DNA of 64,000 nt from Gemmatimonadales bacterium (GTDB lineage: Bacteria > Gemmatimonadota > Gemmatimonadetes > Gemmatimonadales > Gemmatimonadaceae), in assembly GCA_038215035.1 (NCBI GenBank), contig JBBQRH010000014.1:2312-66311 (forward strand). The letters run 5' to 3'. A program made the position numbers and the translations under genes. Numbering within the stretch: position 1 is the first letter of the stretch; every line of letters starts with the position of its first letter. Below the pieces are notes generated by a model, which did no database searches, was not told the origin of the DNA, and was given only the letters and a program-made list of their open reading frames with translations. Below, piece after piece: positions 26,599-35,348 of the stretch.

Positions 26599-27305
26599 GG
26601 CTGCAATCGGCTGGTGACAGCGTACGTAACGAGATTCACGCCCATGCGAATTGCCTGCTCGTGCAGCTCTGGGGGATCGGTGGGGTACGTCCCGACATCC
26701 TCCCAGCCATTCCCCAGATCCGACTGAAACGTGTAGTACAGCGCCAGCCGATCGCCGATGAAGATGCCCAGACCGCGGGCTGGCTTGGCATCATGCTCAT
26801 GGATCTTCGGCACCCCGCGCGGGAACGGATAGACCAGTCGGTAGATCGGATGGTTGAGCGGTACGTCAATCAACGGTCGATCCGGAAACAACTGCTTCAG
26901 CACGATGCGAAAGCTGCTGTCCAATCCATAATTGTCATCCACGTGCAAAAATCCACCGCGCAGCAGATACGCCCTCACGCGCGCAATTTCGTCCGGATCC
27001 ATCGTGATCGTGCCGTGCCCCGTGAGATACAGAAACTGATAGTCGACGAGTCGTGGATCCCGGAACGTGACGGCATGCTCTTCGCGGTCGATCGGAATCG
27101 ACGTTCGCTCAGCCACGGCGCGAATCAGATTTTTCAGACTCGACGGATTGGCATACCAGTCTCCCCCACCGCTGTAATTCACGCGGCCCAGCATGACCCG
27201 CGAGCTCGCCGTGGCTGCGCTGGCTGCACGGACATGCGGCGCTGACGCGGCGACCACCGCCACCGTCAGGCTACCCGCCAGCACCCAGGGTCGCAGTCCC
27301 ATCAC
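26595..27305 (-). CDS. DUF4159-like secreted protein
   Basis: Signal-like N-terminus, then VNYSGGGDWYANPSSLKNLI...DYQFLYLTGHG...GGFLHVDDNYG, which I recognise as the DUF4159 pattern. GTG 27305 or ATG 27302 start, overlapping the rsmI stop. Confidence 0.7.
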   Translation of the reverse strand: MMGLRPWVLAGSLTVAVVAASAPHVRAASAATASSRVMLGRVNYSGGGDWYANPSSLKNLIRAVAERTSIPIDREEHAVTFRDPRLVDYQFLYLTGHGTITMDPDEIARVRAYLLRGGFLHVDDNYGLDSSFRIVLKQLFPDRPLIDVPLNHPIYRLVYPFPRGVPKIHEHDAKPARGLGIFIGDRLALYYTFQSDLGNGWEDVGTYPTDPPELHEQAIRMGVNLVTYAVTSRLQP

Positions 27306-28123
27306 GAATCCTGCGCCAATCGATAGGCCTCATTTCGCGACACGCCAAACTCCTCCTGCAGGTGATGGACCGTGTCGCGGACCGACGTACCGGCGGCGCG
27401 CAGCGCCCCAGCTCGCCGTGCCGCGGCCTCATGATCGAGGACCGGCTCCGGTGCCCCCTCGATCAGCACCACAACTTCCCCACGCGGGGCCGTTGCCCGG
27501 TAGTACGCAGCGAGTTCCGCCACCGTTCCGCGCCGGAACTCCTCGTGGAGCTTGGTCAGCTCGCGCGCCACCACCGCACGGCGCTCTGATGCCCCCGCCG
27601 ACGCCAGGGTTTCCAAGAGCTCGGCCACGCGCGGAGGGGCTTCATAGAGGATGACCGTGTGCCGGAGCGCGAGCGCCGCAGTCGCCGCCGACTGCCGTTC
27701 GCCGATCGCCCGCGGCAGGAAGCCGAGAAAGGTGAACGAGGTCGCGGACAGCCCACTGCCGACCAATGCCGCCAGAATCGCAGACGCCCCGGGGATCGGT
27801 GTCACGGTGACCCCCGCGGCGATCGCCGCCTCTACCAGTCGAGCACCTGGGTCCGACACCAGCGGCGTCCCGGCGTCGCTGATCAGTGCCACGTCGCTGC
27901 CCTCGAGCAAGCGCTCCACCAGCCGCGGCGCCTGCTCCGCCTCGTTATGCGCATGGTAGCTGCGCAACGGCGTGCTGATCCCGGCCCACGCCAGCAACGG
28001 CCCGCTGTGCCGGGTATCCTCGGCCACCACCAGTGCCACCCGACGCAACGTCTCGATTGCGCGGGGCGTCAGGTCGGCTCGATTGCCGATCGGGGTTGCG
28101 ACCACATAAAGCGTGCCGGCCAT
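27302..28123 (-). CDS. rsmI: 16S rRNA (cytidine1402-2'-O)-methyltransferase
   Basis: MAGTLYVVATPIGNRADLTPRAIETLRRVALVVAEDTRHSGPLL...SDAGTPLVSDPG...LYEAPPR. Start set at ATG 28123 (cat at 28121-28123); the listed ORF is an upstream extension. Confidence 0.88.
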   Translation of the reverse strand: MAGTLYVVATPIGNRADLTPRAIETLRRVALVVAEDTRHSGPLLAWAGISTPLRSYHAHNEAEQAPRLVERLLEGSDVALISDAGTPLVSDPGARLVEAAIAAGVTVTPIPGASAILAALVGSGLSATSFTFLGFLPRAIGERQSAATAALALRHTVILYEAPPRVAELLETLASAGASERRAVVARELTKLHEEFRRGTVAELAAYYRATAPRGEVVVLIEGAPEPVLDHEAAARRAGALRAAGTSVRDTVHHLQEEFGVSRNEAYRLAQDS

Positions 28124-28179
28124 AATCTCGGGAAGATGCGACAGGCGCCGGAAGCAGCACTTCGGAAGCCCTGAAACAC

Positions 28180-28209
28180 GATGGGGTGCACACCAATGTG
28201 CACCCCATC
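28180..28209 (-). terminator. Hairpin downstream of trxA (candidate terminator)
   Basis: gatggggtgcaca / tgtgcaccccatc 13-bp arms with a 4-nt loop. On the minus strand it is followed by gtgtttcag (weak U tract). Confidence 0.45.
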
Positions 28210-28247
28210 GCAATCCCGGGCGGTGTTCCGCCTCAGGTGTAACCGAA

Positions 28248-28571
28248 TCAGACGTGCTTTTCGAAATATGTCTGCAGCTGTGCCTTGGGAAGCGCGCCAA
28301 TCACCTGGTCCACCACCTTGCCGTCCTTCACGAACAGCAGCGTGGGAATCGAGCGGACGTTGAAACTCGCCGCTGTCTTCTGGTTGGCATCGACATCCAG
28401 CTTGGTGATCTTCACCTTGCCGTCGTACTCCGTGGCCAGCTGATCGAGGATCGGGGCAACCATGCGACACGGGCCACACCAGACAGCCCAGAAGTCCACG
28501 ACCGCCAAACCCTTGTGATCCATCACTTCGTTCTGAAAGTCACCATCAGTTACTGCAAGTACATTCGCCAT
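28248..28571 (-). CDS. trxA: Thioredoxin
   Basis: MANVLAVTDGDFQNEV...VVDFWAVWCGPCRMVAPILDQLA...VRSIPTLLFVKDGK. Start set at ATG 28571; the listed 28580 start is a GTG three codons upstream. Confidence 0.93.
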   Translation of the reverse strand: MANVLAVTDGDFQNEVMDHKGLAVVDFWAVWCGPCRMVAPILDQLATEYDGKVKITKLDVDANQKTAASFNVRSIPTLLFVKDGKVVDQVIGALPKAQLQTYFEKHV

Positions 28572-28630
28572 GTCTCTCACCTGTCGTGGGCGGCCCGTAC
28601 CGCGGCAGCCCCGCTAAAGTTCTTCCTATC

Positions 28631-29041
28631 ATGACAGATACCGCACCACGCGGCACCCGTATCGCGCACATCGGCCTCGCCGTCAAATCACTCGACCAGA
28701 TCCTGCCCTTCTACCGAGACATCCTCGGCATGATCCAGGTACCTCTCGATGACGCCGATGGTGCCCAGATCACCGGCCTCGTCGCCGGAGAGTCACTGGT
28801 CGAGCTCCTGCAGGCACATACCCCCGACTCCCCGATCGGCAAGTTCGTCGCCAAACGAGGTCCCGGGATCCATCACATCTGCTTCGCCGTTGACAACATC
28901 GACGACACCCTGCTCCGCTGCAAAGCGCACGGTGTGCGACTCATCGACGAAGTACCCCGCCGTGGCGCCGAAGGCAAGCGCATCGCCTTCCTGCACCCAG
29001 CCAGCACCGGTGGCGTCCTGATAGAACTATCGGAATACTAG
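28631..29041 (+). CDS. Methylmalonyl-CoA epimerase / VOC (glyoxalase) family protein
   Basis: IAHIGLAVKSLDQILPFYRDILG...GPGIHHICFAVDNIDD...GKRIAFLHPASTGGVLIELSE. ATG at 28631. Confidence 0.8.
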   Translation: MTDTAPRGTRIAHIGLAVKSLDQILPFYRDILGMIQVPLDDADGAQITGLVAGESLVELLQAHTPDSPIGKFVAKRGPGIHHICFAVDNIDDTLLRCKAHGVRLIDEVPRRGAEGKRIAFLHPASTGGVLIELSEY

Positions 29042-29493
29042 CGCCTTTGTTCCTGAGCCTGACTCGAGCAGAATCCGCGAAGCGGTGCCAGATCGGTGTT
29101 TTCGATGTACCAGCGCTGATTCGGCCCCTGCGTGGCAACCATCGTCGTCGTTGCGGTCAATTGCCCGCGACGCAACTCGACGCGCAGGGTCCGTTTCTGC
29201 GTGTCGAGTGGGATATCACTCAGAATCCGATAGCTGTCATGGTTGATGTTGCATTGCATCACCAGAATACGCTTCTCCAGTTCCGTCCGGTCCTTGATCA
29301 GCTCCCGGGCGGGCCCTTTCGAGCTGCCCCAGATGATCGACGTCGCCTGGACGTCTTCCGATCGGATCGACGCCAGAAACTGTTCTGCCGCCTGCTTCGG
29401 GCCGACGGCCCCGACCACCCCAGCGGCCGTTGCCGAGCCACCGGATCGGCACGCGCCGAGTACAAGCATCAGAGCTACTGCGGTCCGTCGCAT
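29038..29493 (-). CDS. Hypothetical lipoprotein
   Basis: MRRTAVALMLVLGAC lipobox at internal ATG 29493. The listed ORF extension overlaps the pdxJ start region. Confidence 0.6.
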   Translation of the reverse strand: MRRTAVALMLVLGACRSGGSATAAGVVGAVGPKQAAEQFLASIRSEDVQATSIIWGSSKGPARELIKDRTELEKRILVMQCNINHDSYRILSDIPLDTQKRTLRVELRRGQLTATTTMVATQGPNQRWYIENTDLAPLRGFCSSQAQEQRR

Positions 29494-29525
29494 CACGTTT
29501 CCCACTCCATGAGTCCGATTTAGAT

Positions 29526-30299
29526 ATGCCAAGCGAAGGTAATCCGGGTCACGCCACCCCACGACCAGCCGCGCCTCACCAGCGGCTTTACGTAAACATC
29601 GACCACGTCGCCACACTTCGACAGGCGCGCCGCGGATCGGAGCCCGATCCGGTGGCAGCCGCCCGCTGGTGCGAGGACGCTGGCGCCGACGGCATCACCG
29701 TCCACTTGCGGGAGGATCGCCGGCACATTCAGGATGCCGACGTGGAGACCCTCTCGCGCACCGTGCGTTCCCGCCTCAACCTCGAAATGGCGTGCACCGA
29801 CGAAATGCTGGCCATCGCACTCCGACTGCGCCCGCATCAGGTCACCATCGTCCCGGAGCGTCGAACCGAAGTCACCACCGAGGGTGGTCTCGACGTTCGC
29901 CGCGATCCCAGCGCGCTCCGTCGCACGATTGACGCGCTGAACGCCTCGGGGATACGGACGGCCCTGTTCATCGATCCCGACCTCGACACGGTCAGAGCGT
30001 CACACGACCTCGGTGCCACCGCAATCGAGCTCCACACGGGACAGTTCTCGCACCACCCTGACTCACCGGCGCCACTCCACGCGCTCGCTGTCGCCGCGCA
30101 TGAGGGCGTCAGGATCGGGCTCGCGGTGCATGCCGGTCACGGCCTCTCGGTGCGCAACGTGGCCCCAGTGGCCGCCATCGAACCGATCGAGGAGTTGAAC
30201 ATCGGGCACGCGTTAATTGGACGCAGCATCCTGATCGGCATCGCGGGGGCAATACATGAGCTGCGGGCCGTGATGAACGCGGCACGTACGACAATCTGA
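29526..30299 (+). CDS. pdxJ: Pyridoxine 5'-phosphate synthase
   Basis: LYVNIDHVATLRQARRGSEPDPV...GADGITVHLREDRRHIQD...EVTTEGGLD...IELHTG...VHAGHGL...ELNIGHALI. Confidence 0.9.
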   Translation: MPSEGNPGHATPRPAAPHQRLYVNIDHVATLRQARRGSEPDPVAAARWCEDAGADGITVHLREDRRHIQDADVETLSRTVRSRLNLEMACTDEMLAIALRLRPHQVTIVPERRTEVTTEGGLDVRRDPSALRRTIDALNASGIRTALFIDPDLDTVRASHDLGATAIELHTGQFSHHPDSPAPLHALAVAAHEGVRIGLAVHAGHGLSVRNVAPVAAIEPIEELNIGHALIGRSILIGIAGAIHELRAVMNAARTTI

Positions 30300-30387
30300 C
30301 GGCGACATTGGAGAGACGGCGCCGCGCCATGTAGCTTCTGCACTGCGCGGGTCGTCTGCTGCGATACCGCTCCCCCTTTCCCCGCCC

Positions 30388-31854
30388 ATGTCCGTCGGCC
30401 TCCTCGACTTCTTCGTGCTCGAAGCCAGCGACTATGTCGATCGCCTCCAGCGCGTGGTGGTGACCGACGAGCCGCAGGGCCCGGACTCCGCCACCCTGCT
30501 CAAGCTGGCGAGAGGCCTGCGCGGCAGCGCGGTCATGGCGCGACTCGGTTCCTTTGCGGACGCCGCATCCGGGCTCGAGCGAGCCGCACGGCTCCTGAAT
30601 GAAGGACGCATCGCTTGGACACCTGGGCTGGGCCTGTCGGTCAGTGACTCGATCGCGGAACTGCGCGCCCTCATCCCCATGGCACGGCTCTGGGGCAACA
30701 ACCACGATGAACGTGCCCGAAGCGCCGGCGGCAAGCTGGCCTCGGTGCTTGACGCGGTCGAGCGACACGGCGAGCTCATGCAAAGTGGTGCCGGGCGTGA
30801 CTCGGCTGCTCATGGACTCGTGCCGACAGCTGAGCCAAACCCGGCGGTAGCTGCTTTCTTCAATTCGATCGATCACAGGGCGAATGCGCCCGCCGTCCCT
30901 TCTCACATGAGTTCACCACTGCCGCCGACGCCGACGGCGATGCGCTCAGTCGAGCCCGCTACGCCAGTCAACCCCGCCTTTGGGGTGGCCGCCCTGTCCG
31001 ACGCACACATGCCCATCGTCCCGATCGCAGCACTCGCGCCGGCCAACGACGCCGACGCCGTGGTGTACCGAGCCCCGAATCCCGTGATCACCTTCGCGCA
31101 GCGATTCATCACGGACGTCTCACCCCTGATCGGGTCGCTGCGAGCGCGATTGGCCCCACTGCGGCAGGGCGCGATGCAGGAAGCCAGCGCTGACATGGTG
31201 GCAGCGTTCCGGCCGGTGCTCGTCTCGCTCCGCGACATCGCCTCGAGCTACCAGCACGAAGACATCCGCGCGTTCTGTGATGCCGTCCTGACCGCGCAGG
31301 CACCATTGCCCGCCGCGGCCGCGGGCGCCCTCGACAGCGCAATGACGCTCGTCTTGCAGCAGGATCTTCTGCCACACGTCCGTGCCCAGCGGCTGGGAGA
31401 ATTGCGCCGTGTCGTCTTCGCCGCGACGCCACTCAGTTCGGGGGCGCAGTCAGAGCGAGCATCACGACCGAACGGCGCATTCACGCCCGGGCGGAACACG
31501 CCCGTGATGGCGACCATCATTCCGACGCCAACCGTCGCCCGGCCAACGCCACCTGCCCCCAGTGGCCGCGAGCTGAGCGCCATGCTCAGCAACAGCCTCG
31601 AGAAAGTGCGCGAGCTGGATGCCACGCCATTGGACCTGATCGTGATTTCGTCCGGCGGCGCCGCCCAGGTCTCCACTTCCCCGGACGGCGAGCCGGATGT
31701 CGTGCCGATCGACACCCTGCTGTACCGCGGTCCGCGGGCACTGTCACGCGCGAAACACATCGTGGGACAGTTGCGCAGCGGCAGTGCGGCACACGATGTG
31801 ACGCTGATCAATGAGCTGTTCGATCTGGTCGAACTCGCCGGGAGCGCGACCTGA
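30388..31854 (+). CDS. Hypothetical protein with an N-terminal HPt-like four-helix domain lacking the phospho-His
   Basis: LLDFFVLEASDYVDRLQ...LLKLARGLRGSAVMARLGSFADAASGLERAARLL parallels the HPt consensus (FF..EA.E...aHtlKGsA...G...la..lE), with Arg42 where the His is expected. The rest is Ala/Pro-rich and unassigned. Confidence 0.55.
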   Translation: MSVGLLDFFVLEASDYVDRLQRVVVTDEPQGPDSATLLKLARGLRGSAVMARLGSFADAASGLERAARLLNEGRIAWTPGLGLSVSDSIAELRALIPMARLWGNNHDERARSAGGKLASVLDAVERHGELMQSGAGRDSAAHGLVPTAEPNPAVAAFFNSIDHRANAPAVPSHMSSPLPPTPTAMRSVEPATPVNPAFGVAALSDAHMPIVPIAALAPANDADAVVYRAPNPVITFAQRFITDVSPLIGSLRARLAPLRQGAMQEASADMVAAFRPVLVSLRDIASSYQHEDIRAFCDAVLTAQAPLPAAAAGALDSAMTLVLQQDLLPHVRAQRLGELRRVVFAATPLSSGAQSERASRPNGAFTPGRNTPVMATIIPTPTVARPTPPAPSGRELSAMLSNSLEKVRELDATPLDLIVISSGGAAQVSTSPDGEPDVVPIDTLLYRGPRALSRAKHIVGQLRSGSAAHDVTLINELFDLVELAGSAT

Positions 31855-31867
31855 GCGCTCCAGCACG

Positions 31868-32899
31868 ATGAACCGCACGAGGTGGCAGACGCTGATCGGT
31901 GCAGTGCTGACGCTGCTCCTGCTCGGCTGGACACTGCGCGACGTCCGCCCCGATGCGTTGATGCAGCAGCTTCGTGAAGCGAACCTCTGGCTGCTGCTGC
32001 TGGCGGCGGTGATTGCGACTGCGATCTTTCCGCTGCGCGCGCTGCGCTGGGTCGTGCTCCTCGAACCGATCGCGCCCGGCCTCAGATTCATGGACGCGTG
32101 GCGGGCCGTCGCGATCGGGATGATGATCAACAACGTGCTGCCCGCACGTGCCGGAGAACTGGCCCGCGCGTATGCGATCTCGCGCGAGACGCGCGCCGTG
32201 TCGTTCACCAGTGCCTTTGCATCGATTGCGCTCGACCGGGTCTTCGACGCCCTGATCGTCTTCGCGCTGATGTTCGGTGCCATGTTGGCACCGGGCTTTC
32301 CGGCAGGGGCGACCATCGCCGGCCGCCCGGCCACGGCGCTGGTCGGCACGTGGGGCATTGGCGTCCTGCTGATCGTGTTCCTTGGCACCGTGCTGGTGGC
32401 ATTCCGCCCTCAGATCGTCATCGCGATCGCACGCGCCGTGTGCCGCGTCGTGCGACCGAAATGGGAGTCGCGCGTGGTGACCCTGATGGAGCACGCCACG
32501 GCTGGTGTGGCGGTACTCCGCAGCCCATCGCGCTTTGCACGGGTGGTCTTCTGGACCGTGCTGCACTGGCTCACCAACGCCCTCGCCTTCTGGATCGCGT
32601 TCCGCGCGGTGGGCATCACCGCCCCGTTCAGCGGTGCGCTGTTTCTCCAGGGGCTGATTGCCATCGGCGTCGCCATTCCGTCATCGCCTGGCTTTTTCGG
32701 ACCCTTCGAAGCCTTCGCCAAGGCCGGATTGCAGATTTATGGTGTGCCTGTGACGCTGGCGGTGACCTGGGCGGTCGGCTTTCACCTGCTGTCGTTCGTG
32801 CCGATCACGGTGATGGGTGCGCTCTACTTTTCCCGACTGGGCCTGTCGTTGCGCGACTTCCGCGAATCGACGCAGCAGACATCGGCCACCGATGCCTGA
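31868..32899 (+). CDS. Flippase-like / lysylphosphatidylglycerol-synthase TM-region family (UPF0104) membrane protein
   Basis: Multi-TM protein. FPLRALRWVVLL and NNVLPARAGELARAY match the family signature as I recall it. ATG at 31868. Confidence 0.7.
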   Translation: MNRTRWQTLIGAVLTLLLLGWTLRDVRPDALMQQLREANLWLLLLAAVIATAIFPLRALRWVVLLEPIAPGLRFMDAWRAVAIGMMINNVLPARAGELARAYAISRETRAVSFTSAFASIALDRVFDALIVFALMFGAMLAPGFPAGATIAGRPATALVGTWGIGVLLIVFLGTVLVAFRPQIVIAIARAVCRVVRPKWESRVVTLMEHATAGVAVLRSPSRFARVVFWTVLHWLTNALAFWIAFRAVGITAPFSGALFLQGLIAIGVAIPSSPGFFGPFEAFAKAGLQIYGVPVTLAVTWAVGFHLLSFVPITVMGALYFSRLGLSLRDFRESTQQTSATDA

Positions 32900-33836
32900 A
32901 AAACCGATGTTTGTGGCGCAGGTATTGGCCTGGGCGAAAATCAATCTCGACCTTCGGATTCTGGCCCGCGAGGACACCGGCTTCCACCAGATCGAGACCG
33001 TCTTTCAGCGGATCGCGCTCTCGGATTCGGTGGACCTGCGCATCCATGATGGCGCCGGCATCACCGTGCGCTGCGATACTGATCTGGGCGTGCCGGAAGA
33101 GCGGAACCTCGCCTGGCGCGCCGCCGCGGCATATCGCCACGCTGCGGCCTGGCCATCGATCGACCAGGCCATCGACATCACGCTGACGAAGCGGATTCCC
33201 ACCGGGGCCGGCCTCGGTGGCGGCAGCGCGGATGCCGGCGCCGTGCTGCGGGCACTCAACGCGCTCAACCCGACACCGATCGCGACACCGACACTGCTCG
33301 CGGTCGCCGCCGGCCTGGGCGCCGATGTGCCCTTTCTGGCGACGGAGTGTGTGCGGGCCCTGGCGTGGGGCCGCGGCGAGCGGATGCTCGCGCTCGAACC
33401 ACTCCCGCAACGTATGGTCCGCTATGCGCAGTTCCGGGACGGCGTCAATACCGCGATGGCCTATCAGGCATTGGCCGCGGCGCGGGCGGACGGTCGGATC
33501 CCGCCCACCGGCAGCGCGCTGCGCGATCTGCACGGCCTTGGCTCGTGGCCCGACCTGCAGCGTTCCGCGCAGAACGATTTCGAGATTCCCGTCTTTGCGC
33601 TCCGACCCGATATCGCCGCAGTGCACGCGTCGATGGAGCGGGCGGCGCCGGCGGCACTCGTTCGGATGTCCGGGTCAGGGGCCACCGTCTTCGCCGTCAC
33701 CAACGCCCACGCCGACGACTTTCACGCCGCAGCCCGGGAATGGCCGCAGAATGGCGCTGTGGAGCTGAGTCTCACGGCGACGTTGGAATCAGTGCCGCCG
33801 GTCCAAATCTTGTCCGCACCATCTGGCCCCCGTTAG
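32892..33836 (+). CDS. ispE: 4-diphosphocytidyl-2-C-methyl-D-erythritol kinase
   Basis: AKINLDLRILAREDTGFHQIETVFQ...TKRIPTGAGLGGGSADAGAVLRALN...GADVPFL...MSGSGATVFAV. ATG 32892 overlaps the previous stop; ATG 32907 is an alternative start. Confidence 0.9.
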   Translation: MPEKPMFVAQVLAWAKINLDLRILAREDTGFHQIETVFQRIALSDSVDLRIHDGAGITVRCDTDLGVPEERNLAWRAAAAYRHAAAWPSIDQAIDITLTKRIPTGAGLGGGSADAGAVLRALNALNPTPIATPTLLAVAAGLGADVPFLATECVRALAWGRGERMLALEPLPQRMVRYAQFRDGVNTAMAYQALAAARADGRIPPTGSALRDLHGLGSWPDLQRSAQNDFEIPVFALRPDIAAVHASMERAAPAALVRMSGSGATVFAVTNAHADDFHAAAREWPQNGAVELSLTATLESVPPVQILSAPSGPR

Positions 33837-33848
33837 CCTTCCTCGCGA

Positions 33849-33919
33849 TCCCCGATCGTCTAATGGCAGGACAGCGGCCTTTGGAGCCGTGAATCGTGGT
33901 TCGAATCCACGTCGGGGAA
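33849..33919 (+). tRNA. tRNA-Gln (anticodon UUG)
   Basis: Folded by hand. Acceptor tccccga/tcgggga. D stem gtct/ggac. Anticodon stem gcggc/gccgt with loop ctTTGga. T arm cgtgg-ttcgaat-ccacg. Confidence 0.9.
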
Positions 33920-33933
33920 TTCTTGCGCACCTC

Positions 33934-35337
33934 ATGATTGCCACACGCGCCGAAGGGCGCGCGCCTGATCCGCAGGCCTCACGCCGCGGGATTGATCTTT
34001 CCGCGGTGGCCCTGCGCTATGCCATCGCACTGCGGGTGGCGTACTTTCTCTGCATCTGCATTGCAACGCTGCTGCGGCTGGGGTTCGACCCGTCGCTCGA
34101 GCACGCGTTCGCTCGGCTCCAGCGGGGGCTCGAGCCGATCCTCGACTTCCGCGATGTCGTCGACGCCGCGCGGAACATCGCGCTGTTCGTCGGCTGGGGC
34201 GCCACCTGGGTCCTGACATCACCGGCACCCACGACCTGGCGCGACGTGCTTCGCGCGATGCTATGGGGAGCCGGGGCCAGCATTGCCGTGGAGTCGGTGC
34301 AGCTGTTCTCGCAATTCCGGTTTGCGAGCATCGCCGATCTTGCCACGAACACCCTCGGCGCGTTTCTGGGAGCGGCGCTGCTCTGGCTCGCGGAGCGTCG
34401 CGCCACCGGGGACATGCGCCGCGGCACCACGATCGGCATTCCTGGCTGGATCGCGGGTGCGTCGTTGCTGATGACCGCCTTCGGGCTCGCATTTGCTCCA
34501 TCGACTCGGCCGACGATGGCGATCGGCTGGTCGTCCTCGCCGATCGAGCGGGCCAGGTCGGTGTTCGCCGCGGCCGCGCTCGACGTGCCGTGGCATGCCG
34601 TGCTCGTCGACGTCATGAGCTGGTGCACCGCCGGCGTGGCCATCGCGATTGCGATCACCGACCGGACAGGGCGCCTGCGACGGACGCAATTCATCACCTG
34701 GGTGGTGCTCGGCAGCCTGCTTCTGGCCAGCGCACATTTCGGGCGCGCCATGGCGGGTCTGCAGCGCGAGGTCGGCACCTGGCAGGTCCAGAGCGTGGCA
34801 TTGGCCAGCGGGCTCGCGCTCGGATTGGTTCTCGTACAACGATGGCGGACCGCGGTCGCCGCGCGGGCCACGCGCGCGTCCCAGCTCGGCATGCTCGTCG
34901 CGCTCGTCGGGTGCGTGATGGCCTGGAGCCCGGCGTCCTGGATCACCGCGCCGTCCGGCGCCTGGAGCGTCAGCTGGCGGCAACTCGTCCCGATGATGTC
35001 ACTCTTCCAGCGTCAGGATCTGTCGAGCGTCTTTCTGGTGCTCCAGAAGGCCGGGCTGGGTGCCGCCCTGGGGGCGTGCCTGGCCGCCCGGACGCGGATG
35101 GGCGAGCCGCGCCCGGGCGTGCGCGCCGCGGTCCTGTACGCGGGTATTCTGGAGTTGGGACAGTTCGCCGTGCCAGGGCGCTACCCCGACGTGACGGACG
35201 TGCTGATCACGTCCGCGGCCGCGGCGCTGGTCGCCATTCTGGTGGAACGCGGCGACCGCGGCGACCGCGGCGACCGCGATCTCCCAACGACCACCGATAC
35301 GGCCTTGAATGGACGGCCCAGTGCCGGTAGGTTGTAA
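33934..35337 (+). CDS. VanZ-like multi-pass membrane protein
   Basis: Start moved to ATG 33934 to clear tRNA-Gln. About 10 hydrophobic segments. NIALFVGWG and RYPDVTDVLITSAAAALV resemble VanZ-family motifs. C-terminal ERGDRGDRGDRD tail. Confidence 0.55.
   Translation: MIATRAEGRAPDPQASRRGIDLSAVALRYAIALRVAYFLCICIATLLRLGFDPSLEHAFARLQRGLEPILDFRDVVDAARNIALFVGWGATWVLTSPAPTTWRDVLRAMLWGAGASIAVESVQLFSQFRFASIADLATNTLGAFLGAALLWLAERRATGDMRRGTTIGIPGWIAGASLLMTAFGLAFAPSTRPTMAIGWSSSPIERARSVFAAAALDVPWHAVLVDVMSWCTAGVAIAIAITDRTGRLRRTQFITWVVLGSLLLASAHFGRAMAGLQREVGTWQVQSVALASGLALGLVLVQRWRTAVAARATRASQLGMLVALVGCVMAWSPASWITAPSGAWSVSWRQLVPMMSLFQRQDLSSVFLVLQKAGLGAALGACLAARTRMGEPRPGVRAAVLYAGILELGQFAVPGRYPDVTDVLITSAAAALVAILVERGDRGDRGDRDLPTTTDTALNGRPSAGRL
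35248..35274 (+). repeat. 9-bp tandem repeat x3 (cgcggcgac) encoding RGD-RGD-RGD at the C-terminus of the VanZ-like protein
   Basis: cgcggcgac repeated at 35248, 35257 and 35266, followed by a partial cgcgat. Confidence 0.8.
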
Positions 35338-35348
35338 GGCTCTGCCAT

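Noticed and set aside
35248-35274. Triple RGD (RGDRGDRGD) motif at the C-terminus of the VanZ-like protein, as a possible adhesion or integrin-type signal.
   Set aside because: It sits on a predicted cytoplasmic or short terminal tail of a polytopic membrane protein. It is generated by a simple 9-bp GC-rich repeat, so it is most likely compositional coincidence.
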